Shown here: positions 25,706-34,916 of the stretch, piece after piece | Numbering within the stretch: the first letter of the stretch is position 1 | Layout of the letters: each line of letters begins with the position of its first letter | Assembly: GCA_964603985.1 (NCBI GenBank) | Contig: CAZRXG010000001.1 | Span: forward strand, 170,363 to 234,362 | Length of the DNA: 64,000 nt | DNA from: an uncultured Anaerolineae bacterium | GTDB taxonomy: Bacteria; Chloroflexota; Anaerolineae; Aggregatilineales; UBA3940 | Direction: 5' to 3' | Program-made: the position numbers and the translations under genes | The notes under the pieces: generated by a model | What the model was told of the DNA's origin: nothing | The model's input: only the letters and a program-made list of their open reading frames with translations | The model's database searches: none

Positions 25706-27943
25706 ATGGCACAATCTTCCGGTAGATCGTTGCTGTCTCGCCTGCTTGATGAGCTTCATCCCAGTCGCCTGCTGCCCGGCCTGACGGCGGGTCTGGTCAT
25801 CGGAATCATCGTGGTGATCGTCTCGATCTCTTTTGCGGCCCTGATTTTCTCCGGCGATCTGGCCGGGTACGCCTCCACCGGGATGGGACTTGTGCTGTTC
25901 AGCGCCGTTGTCATGAGCCTTGTGACTGCGTTGACAAGCTCCTTCCCCGGCATGGCCGCCGTCCCGCAGGACACACCGGCGGCCATTCTGGCTCTGGTTG
26001 CAGCCGCGATTGCCTCCAACATGGCCCCTGACGCAGTGGGGGAGAGTGTCTTCCTCACAGTTGTCGCTGCCATCATACTGACTTCGCTGCTCACCGGCGT
26101 TTTCTTCCTGGCGCTGGGGTTTTTCAAACTCGGCAGCCTGATCCGGTTCGTCCCCTACCCGGTCATCGGCGGTTTCCTGGCTGGCACCGGCTGGCTCCTG
26201 ATCCCGGGCAGCATCGGCGTCATGACGGGCATTTCCCCCACCCTGGCCCAACTCCCTCTTCTGTTTCAATCTGCGATACTGGCCAGGTGGCTGCCCGGTT
26301 TGATCTTCGCCGTGCTGCTGCTCGTGATCCTGCGCCGCGTCAATCACTTCCTGGTCATGCCCGCGATGCTGCTGGGGGCAGTCGGGCTGTTCTATATCGT
26401 CCTGTGGCTGACGAACACCCCGGTCGCCGAAGCGGGAGCGCAGGGCTGGTTGATGGGCCCGTTCCCGGAAGGTAGCCTCTGGCAGCCCACCCTGACCTTC
26501 CACGCGCTGGCGCAGGCGGACTGGTCGGCGATATTCGGGCAGATCGGCGGCGTGGCCACGATCCTGGCCGTCGGTGCGGTGGCTCTGCTGCTCAACGCCA
26601 GCGGGATCGAGCTTGTTGCCGAGCAGGACATCGACCTGGACCGCGAATTGCAGGTCGCCGGGCTGGGCAATATCATCGCCGGGCTGGGCGGTGGCTCCGC
26701 CGGTTACCAGGCCATGAGCCTGACGGCGCTGGGCTACCGGGTCGGCGCGAGAAGCCGCCTGATGGGCCTGTTCGCGACAGCCGTGTGCGGCGTGGCGCTC
26801 ATCTTCGGAGCGTCCCTGCTGTCTTTCTTCCCCAGGGTGGTGTTGGGCGGCCTGCTGATGTTCCTCGGTCTGGCCTTTCTGGTCGAGTGGCTGGTCGATG
26901 CCTGGGCGACGCTCCCCAAGACCGACTACGCCGTCGTTCTGCTGATCGTGGTCGTGATCGGCGCGGTGGGCTTTCTAGAGGGTGTCGGCGTCGGCTTGGT
27001 CGCGACCATCATCCTGTTTGTCGTCAACTACAGCCGCGTCAGCGTGGTCAAAGACTGCCTCTCCGGTGTCACCTACCACAGCAACGTCGAGCGCCCCCGC
27101 CTCTATCGTCAGATCCTACAGCGCAAAGGCCACTGGCTCTACGTCCTCAGGCTTCAGGGGTTTATCTTCTTCGGCACGGCCCACGGGCTGCTGGAGCAGA
27201 TCCGCCAGCGCATCGACGCCCCCAACCTCTCGCCCCCGCGCTTCGTCGTGCTTGACTTCCGCCTGGTGACCGGTCTCGATTCGTCCGCCGTGTTCAGCTT
27301 CGTCAAGCTCCGGCAACTGGCCCAGCGGCACGGTGTTGTGCTGGTGTTCACCCACCTCTCGCCCGGTATCCGCCGCCGGGCGGAGAAGCTGGTCTTTGAG
27401 GACGGCGAGGGTCACATCTTCCCCGACCTGGATCACGGGGTCGAGTGGTGCGAAGACCAGATGATCGCCACCGTCGAAAGCACCGGCCTGGCGACCCGCC
27501 CCAAAACCCTCACCGATCAGCTCACCGAGGCCCTCCCCGGCCCCGACGATGTGGCTCGCCTGATGGAGTATCTACGGACGGAGAGCGTCGATCCAGGGGA
27601 TTACCTGGTGCGCCAGGGCGACGCGCACGGGGGGATTCACTTCATCGAGTCGGGCCAGGTGACCGCCCTCCTGGAGCAGGACGACGGCAGCACGCTTCGC
27701 CTACGAACCATGAGCGCCGGTACGGTGATCGGCGAGATGGGCGTCTACCTGAGCGCACCGGCCTCTGCTTCGGTCGTGGCCGAGCAGCCCACGACACTCT
27801 ATATCCTGTCCGCCGACGCGCTCGCCCGGATGGAGGTGGACGACCCTGCCCTCGCCTCGGCCTTTCACCGCTTCATGGCAGGGCTGCTGGCCGAGCGGCT
27901 GGACGGTGCCACCGACACCATTCAGGCCCTTCTCCGCGACTGA
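25706..27943 (+). CDS. SulP/SLC26 family anion transporter with STAS and C-terminal cNMP-binding domains
   Basis: Many TM helices, PYPVIGGFLAG; STAS LQGFIFFGTA..LDFRLVTGLDSS; cNMP domain LVRQGD..GTVIGEMG. Confidence 0.9.
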   Translation: MAQSSGRSLLSRLLDELHPSRLLPGLTAGLVIGIIVVIVSISFAALIFSGDLAGYASTGMGLVLFSAVVMSLVTALTSSFPGMAAVPQDTPAAILALVAAAIASNMAPDAVGESVFLTVVAAIILTSLLTGVFFLALGFFKLGSLIRFVPYPVIGGFLAGTGWLLIPGSIGVMTGISPTLAQLPLLFQSAILARWLPGLIFAVLLLVILRRVNHFLVMPAMLLGAVGLFYIVLWLTNTPVAEAGAQGWLMGPFPEGSLWQPTLTFHALAQADWSAIFGQIGGVATILAVGAVALLLNASGIELVAEQDIDLDRELQVAGLGNIIAGLGGGSAGYQAMSLTALGYRVGARSRLMGLFATAVCGVALIFGASLLSFFPRVVLGGLLMFLGLAFLVEWLVDAWATLPKTDYAVVLLIVVVIGAVGFLEGVGVGLVATIILFVVNYSRVSVVKDCLSGVTYHSNVERPRLYRQILQRKGHWLYVLRLQGFIFFGTAHGLLEQIRQRIDAPNLSPPRFVVLDFRLVTGLDSSAVFSFVKLRQLAQRHGVVLVFTHLSPGIRRRAEKLVFEDGEGHIFPDLDHGVEWCEDQMIATVESTGLATRPKTLTDQLTEALPGPDDVARLMEYLRTESVDPGDYLVRQGDAHGGIHFIESGQVTALLEQDDGSTLRLRTMSAGTVIGEMGVYLSAPASASVVAEQPTTLYILSADALARMEVDDPALASAFHRFMAGLLAERLDGATDTIQALLRD

Positions 27944-28112
27944 CAGCGCCACCGGAAGGGCGTCTGGCCGGTGACAACGACGCTTTGGAGGTTGTGCCGG
28001 GTTCTCGTGATTTTTCGCAAAACATCTCGCCATTCATAACAGGCGAGGTGTTTTCATATCGCTGTTTTGACCGGCGTGGCGGCAACCGCCCGCGCCAATC
28101 CTCCTGCCCCGG

Positions 28113-28883
28113 TCACTGCGTCTTCAGGAACGCAATAATGGCGTCGACCTGCTCCTGGGTCAGCAGCCGCCCATATTCGGGGAACATCGACGCGTTTTCA
28201 AAGCCGGGCGGTTTATAGGCTGCGGGTGTGACAATTGAGGTGAAGAGGTAAGTCTCCGTGGACTGCCGCCGGACGCGCTTGTCGGCCGTCCTGCCAATGT
28301 CCTGCAATGATGGGCCGACGAGCACCGATCCGTCAAGCGAGTGGCACATCGAGCAGGCCGGAGCGTACTCGGTGCCGTTGTAGAACAACTCCTCCCCCAG
28401 AACGACCATCGGATCGGGCGTTGGCTCCGGGCTGATAGACCGGACGATGTTCGTTCCAACCTGCAAGGCCCAGCTTGCACGGTCATCCCAGCGCAGCACG
28501 TACCCGGTGAAATCAATGAAGAGCGTCAGCAACAGCAGGCTTATGCCGATCAGCCAGTTGGAGCGACGCTTCTTGTAGCCACCGCTGAAGATGACGCGCA
28601 TCATGTGCAGCGTCACCACGATCACCATTGCCTGGGCTGCCCAGTAGTGCATGTTGCGGATCAGCCAGCCGTACGGCACGACGTAGGCGATCAGTTTGAC
28701 GCTGGCGTTGGCCTCCTCCGGCGTCGGCACGTAGAAGAACATCTCCAGGATGCCGGTCACCAATAGGATGGCGAACAGCGCCGCGCTGATCGCGCCCAGG
28801 TGGAAGGTATACATGAAGCGGGCTGCAGGGGTTGGCGTGATGGGCCTGCGCAGGTGTTCGTAGAAATTAGGACGACGAGCCAT
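28113..28883 (-). CDS. cytochrome b N-terminal half (helices A-C) fused to a class I cytochrome c
   Basis: GILEMFFYVP, IRNMHYW..TLHMMRV (His pair), FTGYVLRWD..WALQVGTNI, linker SPEPTPDP, CSMCH and SMFP. Confidence 0.88.
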   Translation of the reverse strand: MARRPNFYEHLRRPITPTPAARFMYTFHLGAISAALFAILLVTGILEMFFYVPTPEEANASVKLIAYVVPYGWLIRNMHYWAAQAMVIVVTLHMMRVIFSGGYKKRRSNWLIGISLLLLTLFIDFTGYVLRWDDRASWALQVGTNIVRSISPEPTPDPMVVLGEELFYNGTEYAPACSMCHSLDGSVLVGPSLQDIGRTADKRVRRQSTETYLFTSIVTPAAYKPPGFENASMFPEYGRLLTQEQVDAIIAFLKTQ

Positions 28884-28923
28884 AATACACAACCTTGCTT
28901 GGCGGAAGGATCAAGGCAGCGCC

Positions 28924-29415
28924 CTAAGAGGCGGACAGCCGGAAGTCGGGCTCGACCTGGTCGGCGCGATCTACGACGAGCTGCCCGTCGCTGCCCCAGG
29001 AGAGCCGCACAAACCGCAGTGGGAGGGTGGCCGGACCGTGCATCACAGTGCCATCCTGGGCAAACCGGCTGCTGTGGCAGGGGCAGTAGTAGGTGCCGTC
29101 GGGCTGGAGGTTGACCGTGCAGCCGAGGTGCGTGCAGATCCCGTCAACGGCGTAGAAGCCCGCTCCATCCTTATGGAGCCACACCTGTGCCTCCTCGACG
29201 TAGACCGGTAGTTCGGGCAGGTTCGCGGGCGCTCCCAGCGTGAAACGCGTGACCTGTGTCGCAGGCGGCTCGAAGCGTATGTATCTGAGCAGTTCGGCCA
29301 CGCTCGCCGCAAGCGGAACGGCCCAGGCAAAGTTCAGTATCCCTTTCAGCGCTTCGCGGCGTGTCAGCGATTTCGCGGTTGATTTGACACTCGATGCGAT
29401 CGATTTTACAGACAT
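28924..29415 (-). CDS. Rieske [2Fe-2S] protein of a Rieske/cytochrome b complex
   Basis: Tat-like TRREALK plus TM; CTHLGC and CPCHSS boxes; GPA..PL. Confidence 0.92.
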   Translation of the reverse strand: MSVKSIASSVKSTAKSLTRREALKGILNFAWAVPLAASVAELLRYIRFEPPATQVTRFTLGAPANLPELPVYVEEAQVWLHKDGAGFYAVDGICTHLGCTVNLQPDGTYYCPCHSSRFAQDGTVMHGPATLPLRFVRLSWGSDGQLVVDRADQVEPDFRLSAS

Positions 29416-29419
29416 TCAG

Positions 29420-30103
29420 TCACCTCAAGGCAGCACGGACGGTCAGTCCAAGAACGATCAGGAACAGCACGGTCAGGATAATCTGGGCAACCCGGCCTTG
29501 GCGGTTGAACCACACAGCGATGCCTTCATTCGACCGGTCCGTGTAGGGCAGCAAAGTCAGCAGCAGGACGACCACCATAGGCACCAGCACCCCCGCAATC
29601 GCCGGGGGCCAGATGCGTAGCAGTTCCTGCACCCAGATAAAGATCCAGGGCGCTTTTGAGTGCTCGGTCAGCGAGCCTATCTCGGCGGCTTTGCCAACCG
29701 GCACGTCAACGAAAGCCGAAATAATTACCAGGGTCGCGATGGTGATGAAGAAGGTGAGTGTCTCGCGGCGGACGATCACGGCGCGGTCGACCTTCTCCAC
29801 TTCCTCCTCAGGCGATTCGCGCTCCGGGCTGGAGACTCCCCCGTCCCGGCGAACGCGAAATCCGTGCCAGGCGATCAGCAGCAGCATCGGGACCGACAGC
29901 CCCATCACGTGCCAGGCGTAAAAGCGCAACAGCGTCACCTCGCTGATGGTCGGGCCACCGACGATCAGCCGGTACAGGGCTTCTCCCAGGGTAAGCGGTC
30001 CCTCGTCCCCAGTAGCGGGGGCTGCACAGGCCGCCAGGAGGAAAGCGCTCCCCGCGAGCAGGATGCCCAGAACGATCCTGGTTCTAAGCACTGGTTTGGC
30101 CAA
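29420..30103 (-). CDS. cytochrome b C-terminal half (cd2, helix D, subunit IV-like E-G) with lipoprotein signal peptide
   Basis: TTG start after GAGGAG; lipobox LAAC (Cys26); GEALYRLIVGGPTISEVTLLRFYAWH..WH; KAPW (PEWY-like); LLPYTD. Confidence 0.85.
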   Translation of the reverse strand: MAKPVLRTRIVLGILLAGSAFLLAACAAPATGDEGPLTLGEALYRLIVGGPTISEVTLLRFYAWHVMGLSVPMLLLIAWHGFRVRRDGGVSSPERESPEEEVEKVDRAVIVRRETLTFFITIATLVIISAFVDVPVGKAAEIGSLTEHSKAPWIFIWVQELLRIWPPAIAGVLVPMVVVLLLTLLPYTDRSNEGIAVWFNRQGRVAQIILTVLFLIVLGLTVRAALR

Positions 30104-30400
30104 ATTGTCTCCTCACGTCGTCACACGTTGTCACAGGCCCTTTTCAGGTTGGCGGGCACTATTCTACCGCGTCGGGGGAATTTCTTGTAGGACAAAATCC
30201 CGTTTCGAGGAATATTGCCTGACATTTATCACCTTTTGGTCGTGGCACAAGGCACTATCGGTACACGCATTCTGTCTGCTACAGTAAGCGTGGACAGCCC
30301 ACAACTTCACCAATGAACCGGGTTGACCGTTTTCACGCGGGGGCCGTGAGCATAAGTACACTGCATTTCCCTAGGTCGTTCCAGGAGTCTCGGCTGCGTA

Positions 30401-31780
30401 ATGAGTCGTTCACTTGATCGCGCAAAGAAATCGCTACCGCGCGTTAATTACGCCGTCCTGATCGGCACCGCTGTGCTGATCGTTGCACTGATCGTGGCGG
30501 GGATAAGACAGGCGCGCCCGTCCTGGCACCGCTACACCGGCAGTGCCCAGGTGCGCATTCTGACACCCACTCTGACCGGCGAGCCGGAGCTTTGCCTGAC
30601 CTGCCACTACGGCATCCAGGAGATCAGCGTGGCACACCAGGTCGACGCCTTTGGCTGTGTGGTGTGCCACGGCGGCGACCGTCTCTCACTCGACGAGGAA
30701 ACCGCCCACCAGGACTTGATCGGGGGACGCAATCCCTCCGATCTGGCCGTCGTCCAGCAGGGCTGCGGCAGCAGCGATTGCCACGGCGGCAGCCCCGAAG
30801 ACGCCCGTGACCACATCGCCCGCGTCGAGCGTAACGTGAGGACGACCTACGCAGGCGCGATCAACCAGGTGCTTCTCAGTCTCAACCAGATCGACGAGGG
30901 CGATTTGCTTTATGGCGTCGAGGCGGTGGAGGACGGCGATCCCGTCCACCCGGAGGCAGTTGCCGCGCTGCAAACGTTCGACCCGGCAGACTTCGACAAC
31001 CCGCTCATCACCACGTTTGGCGAAGATTGCCAGACCTGCCACCTGAGAGCCGAGCCGGTCGACGAGCCTTATCACTACCGCAGCGTCGGCTGTGCAACCT
31101 GCCACGTGCTGTATAACAGCACCGGGCTGTACACCGGCGACGACCCAACCATCCCCCATGACGAAGCGGGCCACATGGCGCAGCACCGCCTCACCACCCA
31201 GATCCCGTTCACTCAGTGCAACACCTGCCACAACCGGGGTAACTACTCTGTGGAGCAGATGTCGTTCACCCCGCGCGACGACGTTCCTTCGCCGCATGCC
31301 CTGCCCTCCGACCCGACCAAGTACCGGCTGGCCCAGTACTACCAGCCCACCACGCTGTACGCGCTGTGCGAATGGGAGCTTGACTGCATCGACTGCCACA
31401 CGGCCAGAGAAGTGATGGGCGATGGTGATATTCACCCCAACCAGGCAAGCGCGCAAAGCGTCCAGTGCCGGACCTGTCACGGCACGCCAGACGAGCTGCC
31501 TACCTTCGTCACCGTCACCGACACCGACAACCCCACGGTGCGGCGCGCCGACCTCAATCCCTATTATGACGTTATCGTCGGCACCCAAGTGCTCCTGGCT
31601 CCGGATGGTGATACGCTGGGGGCCGTCCAGCTTGTCGGCGATCAGGTTGTGCAGATCGGCAAGGTGACGGGCCGTCGCTTCATCATCCCGATGGTGATGG
31701 GGTCGGACTGCCCGCAGGACCCGGAGCAGCAGGAGGCCTACTACTGCCGCCAGTGCCATGCCGTCAACGCGTCACAATGA
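30401..31780 (+). CDS. membrane-anchored multiheme cytochrome c (8 CxxCH + 1 CX4CH)
   Basis: N-terminal TM; CLTCH, CVVCH, CGSSDCH, CQTCH, CATCH, CNTCH, CIDCH, CRTCH, CRQCH. Confidence 0.9.
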   Translation: MSRSLDRAKKSLPRVNYAVLIGTAVLIVALIVAGIRQARPSWHRYTGSAQVRILTPTLTGEPELCLTCHYGIQEISVAHQVDAFGCVVCHGGDRLSLDEETAHQDLIGGRNPSDLAVVQQGCGSSDCHGGSPEDARDHIARVERNVRTTYAGAINQVLLSLNQIDEGDLLYGVEAVEDGDPVHPEAVAALQTFDPADFDNPLITTFGEDCQTCHLRAEPVDEPYHYRSVGCATCHVLYNSTGLYTGDDPTIPHDEAGHMAQHRLTTQIPFTQCNTCHNRGNYSVEQMSFTPRDDVPSPHALPSDPTKYRLAQYYQPTTLYALCEWELDCIDCHTAREVMGDGDIHPNQASAQSVQCRTCHGTPDELPTFVTVTDTDNPTVRRADLNPYYDVIVGTQVLLAPDGDTLGAVQLVGDQVVQIGKVTGRRFIIPMVMGSDCPQDPEQQEAYYCRQCHAVNASQ

Positions 31781-31978
31781 TCGGCAGGCTGTCGCCAGCA
31801 TAGGCGTGGCTGCCTCGTCCAGGCGGTCTGGCGGGTATCTCACGCATGTAACGCTTGTTGCTGCATATTCGATGCCTGTGGTAAGATGGGGCTGGCTACA
31901 ATAACTTGAGTGCAGCCCTTACCCTCGATTTGCTGCACGGTGCTGCCTTCGCTGCCTGGACCGGCAAAGGGATTTGCC

Positions 31979-32719
31979 ATGCGTTACCTGGTCATTTCTG
32001 ATATTCACGCCAACCTGACTGCGTTTGAGGCCGTCCTGGATGATGCCGGAACGCTGGGCAAAGACTACGATTTCGTCTGGTGCCTGGGCGACGTTGTCGG
32101 TTACGGCCCCGACCCCAACGAGTGTGTTGATCTGCTGCGCAGCATGCCCCATCTGTGTCTGGCCGGTAACCACGACTGGGCGGCCCTGGGGCGGCTCGAC
32201 ATCCGTACCTTCAACGCCGACGCCCGCAAGGTCGTGGCCTGGACGCGGGACACCCTGATCGAGGAAAACCTGGCCTACCTTGAGGCACTGCCCACGACCT
32301 TCGTGCTGGGCGATTTCACACTGGCGCACGGGTCGCCGCGTGAACCCGTCTGGGAGTATATCCTTGACCCGCTGATCGCCTCCCTCAATTTCCCACACTA
32401 CCAGACGCCCTATTGCCTGGTCGGGCACACGCACACCCCCGTCATCTTCGAGTTGGTGAACGAAAAAGGTGAGTGCAATCCCATCGCGCCGGTCTACAAC
32501 CAGCAGCTTAAGCTCAACGGCACGCGCCGGATCATCAACCCCGGCAGTGTCGGCCAACCACGCGACTCGGACCCACGCGCTGCCTATGCTCTTCTGGACA
32601 TCGAGCGCCTGACGTGGGAGCACCGCCGCATTCCTTACGATATTGGCGTGGTCCAGGAAAAGATGCGCGCGGCTGACATGCCCGAACGCCTGATCACGCG
32701 CCTAGATCACGGCTGGTGA
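31979..32719 (+). CDS. calcineurin-like metallophosphoesterase
   Basis: SDIHAN, LGDVVGYG, GNHD, AHGSP, GHTH, NPGSVGQPRD. Confidence 0.92.
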   Translation: MRYLVISDIHANLTAFEAVLDDAGTLGKDYDFVWCLGDVVGYGPDPNECVDLLRSMPHLCLAGNHDWAALGRLDIRTFNADARKVVAWTRDTLIEENLAYLEALPTTFVLGDFTLAHGSPREPVWEYILDPLIASLNFPHYQTPYCLVGHTHTPVIFELVNEKGECNPIAPVYNQQLKLNGTRRIINPGSVGQPRDSDPRAAYALLDIERLTWEHRRIPYDIGVVQEKMRAADMPERLITRLDHGW

Positions 32720-32869
32720 TCCCCGGACACCGCTGAGTTCCCTGCTGCCCAACAACAAATGGTTCACCTGAGCCTCTCCGCGCACCCGGTTGCGCAGACA
32801 TCCACCGGGTGATAGACTCGCGTCACTCACGTTGCATCCACGCTGGGGATTCTGTTCCAGGAGCGGCAC

Positions 32870-34546
32870 ATGGCCTCGCAGGCCCTCTACCTGAAATGGC
32901 GCCCGATGACCTTCGAAGAGGTGGTCGGGCAGGAACATGTCACCTATACACTGCGCAACGCGCTGACAGGCGGGCGCATCGCCCATGCCTACCTGTTCAG
33001 TGGGCCGCGTGGCACGGGCAAGACGACGACTGCTCGCCTGCTGGCAAAAGCCGTCAACTGCCTGCACAAAGACCCTGCCCTGCGTCCCTGCAACGAATGC
33101 GCGTATTGTGTAGCCGTCAACGAGGGCCGCTTCCTGGACATGATCGAGATCGACGCAGCTTCACATACCGGCGTCGATGACGTGCGCGAGTTGCGTGACC
33201 GGATCGCGTTCGCCCCCAACGAGGGCCGCTACAAGGTATACATCATCGACGAGGTGCATCGCTTCTCCGGGGCAGCTTTCGATGCGCTGCTAAAGACCAT
33301 CGAGGAGCCGCCTGCGCACGCCATTTTTGTGCTGGCGACGACCGAGATCCACAAGGTGCCGCAGACCATCCTCTCACGTTGCCAGCGCTTCGACTTCCGG
33401 CGCATCCCGCTCAGTCTGATCGTCGAGCGGCTGCGAGAGATGGTCGACGCCGAGGGATTGCAGGCCGAGGACGCCGCGCTGGAGTTGATCGCCCGCCAGG
33501 CGACAGGATCCCTGCGCGACGCGATCAGTCTGCTCGACCAGCTTGGCGCGCAGCCGGGCGAGGCGCTGACGGTCGAGGTGGCGCAGGCGATCCTGGGGGC
33601 GGTCGCCAACGAGGCCGTGCAGGCCCTGACCGATGCCCTGATCGCCGGTGACACCGCCGCCGGGTTTGACCTGATCAACCAGGTGATGGACGAAGGCGGT
33701 GACGCGCGCCAGTTCGCCCGGCAGATGGTTGAATACCTGCGGGCGGCGATGCTGATCCAGGCCGGGGGGATGGAGGTTGCTGGGACATTAGGCTCGCCGG
33801 AGGCGCTGGCCGTCGCAGGCGAGCAGGCCACGCAGATCCCCCGCCGGGCGTTGATCAAGGCGCTGGAGGCATTCAACGAGGCAGCCTCGGACTCGCAGGG
33901 TGGGTGGCAGCCTCAGTTGCCAATTGAGCTGGCCTTTCTGGAGAGCGTCGAGACACTTTACGCGCCCCAGCAGGAGCCTGCGCCGCCTGCCGCAGCCCGA
34001 CCGGCCCCGCCTGTGCAGCCTGCTCCTGCCCCGGAGCCGGTGCGGCCACCGTCCACGCCGGACGGGCCGGAGCCTGCCCCGGAGCCTTCCGCACAGGAGG
34101 AGCCGGAACCCGCGCCGAAGCCGCCCCCACAAGACGAGAGTGAGCCTGCCCTGGAGCCGCCTGCGCCGGATGCCCCCACATTGGAACAACTGCACGCCCA
34201 CTGGGGCGAGGTACAGAAGGTCGCTCGCGGGCTTGATCTGGCGGTCGAAGCGCTGCTCAACTCGGGTCGGCTGTACGGCATCGAGGGGTACACCGTCATC
34301 CTGCAAATGCCAAGCGACCTGCTGTGCAATAAAATCGAAACAGACCAGAATCGGGAGTTGATCGAGCGGGCGTTGCATCAGGTGTTCCAGCAGCCCCTGA
34401 AGGTCCGCTGCCGGGCTCAGGCCGGGAAGGGCGGCAAACTCTCCGATAAGGTCGAGGATCTGCTGGCGCAGGACAGCGTGGTAGCCCATGCGGTCAACGA
34501 GCTGGGCGGCAGAGTAAAGCGCATCGAGGACAGAAGGAGCGATTGA
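32870..34546 (+). CDS. dnaX: DNA polymerase III subunit gamma/tau
   Basis: LYLKWRP..F.EVVGQ, FSGPRGTGKT, zinc Cys motif, EIDAAS, IIDEVH, TILSRC; Pro-rich linker. Confidence 0.96.
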   Translation: MASQALYLKWRPMTFEEVVGQEHVTYTLRNALTGGRIAHAYLFSGPRGTGKTTTARLLAKAVNCLHKDPALRPCNECAYCVAVNEGRFLDMIEIDAASHTGVDDVRELRDRIAFAPNEGRYKVYIIDEVHRFSGAAFDALLKTIEEPPAHAIFVLATTEIHKVPQTILSRCQRFDFRRIPLSLIVERLREMVDAEGLQAEDAALELIARQATGSLRDAISLLDQLGAQPGEALTVEVAQAILGAVANEAVQALTDALIAGDTAAGFDLINQVMDEGGDARQFARQMVEYLRAAMLIQAGGMEVAGTLGSPEALAVAGEQATQIPRRALIKALEAFNEAASDSQGGWQPQLPIELAFLESVETLYAPQQEPAPPAAARPAPPVQPAPAPEPVRPPSTPDGPEPAPEPSAQEEPEPAPKPPPQDESEPALEPPAPDAPTLEQLHAHWGEVQKVARGLDLAVEALLNSGRLYGIEGYTVILQMPSDLLCNKIETDQNRELIERALHQVFQQPLKVRCRAQAGKGGKLSDKVEDLLAQDSVVAHAVNELGGRVKRIEDRRSD

Positions 34547-34547
34547 C

Positions 34548-34916
34548 GTGGCAAAGAAAAAACGATCGGGTCGCGGGTATGTTCCTCCCCGGCAGCCGTC
34601 CGGCATGTCAAACCTGGCCCAGCAGATCCAGAGGATGCAGGAGCAGATGATCAAGGAGCAGGAAGTCCTCTCCAACGAGACGCTGGAGGTCACGGCTGGC
34701 GGCGGCATGGTCACCATCGTGATCACCGGCGACCAGCGCGTGGAGTCGATCACCCTTAAACCGGAAGTGGTCGACCCGGACGACATGGATATGCTGCAAG
34801 ATTTGCTGGTCGCGGCGGTCAACCAGGCCATTGAACAATCGCAGGCGATGGCCGCCGAGCGTCTCGAAGGGCTGACCGGTGGGCTGAACCTGCCGGGGCT
34901 TCCTGGGTTAGGTTGA
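34548..34916 (+). CDS. ebfC: YbaB/EbfC nucleoid-associated protein
   Basis: AGGGMV, VVDPDD..MLQDL..AAVNQA; dnaX-ebfC-recR synteny. Confidence 0.93.
   Translation: MAKKKRSGRGYVPPRQPSGMSNLAQQIQRMQEQMIKEQEVLSNETLEVTAGGGMVTIVITGDQRVESITLKPEVVDPDDMDMLQDLLVAAVNQAIEQSQAMAAERLEGLTGGLNLPGLPGLG

Noticed and set aside
32720-32869. SRP RNA (ffs) upstream of dnaX
   Set aside because: The conserved SRP helix 8 motif (CAGG..GGAA..AGCAG) is absent; there is only an 8-bp hairpin at 32783-32811.
32870-34546. Programmed frameshift or slippage site producing gamma from dnaX
   Set aside because: No A AAA AAG or long A run seen in the gene.
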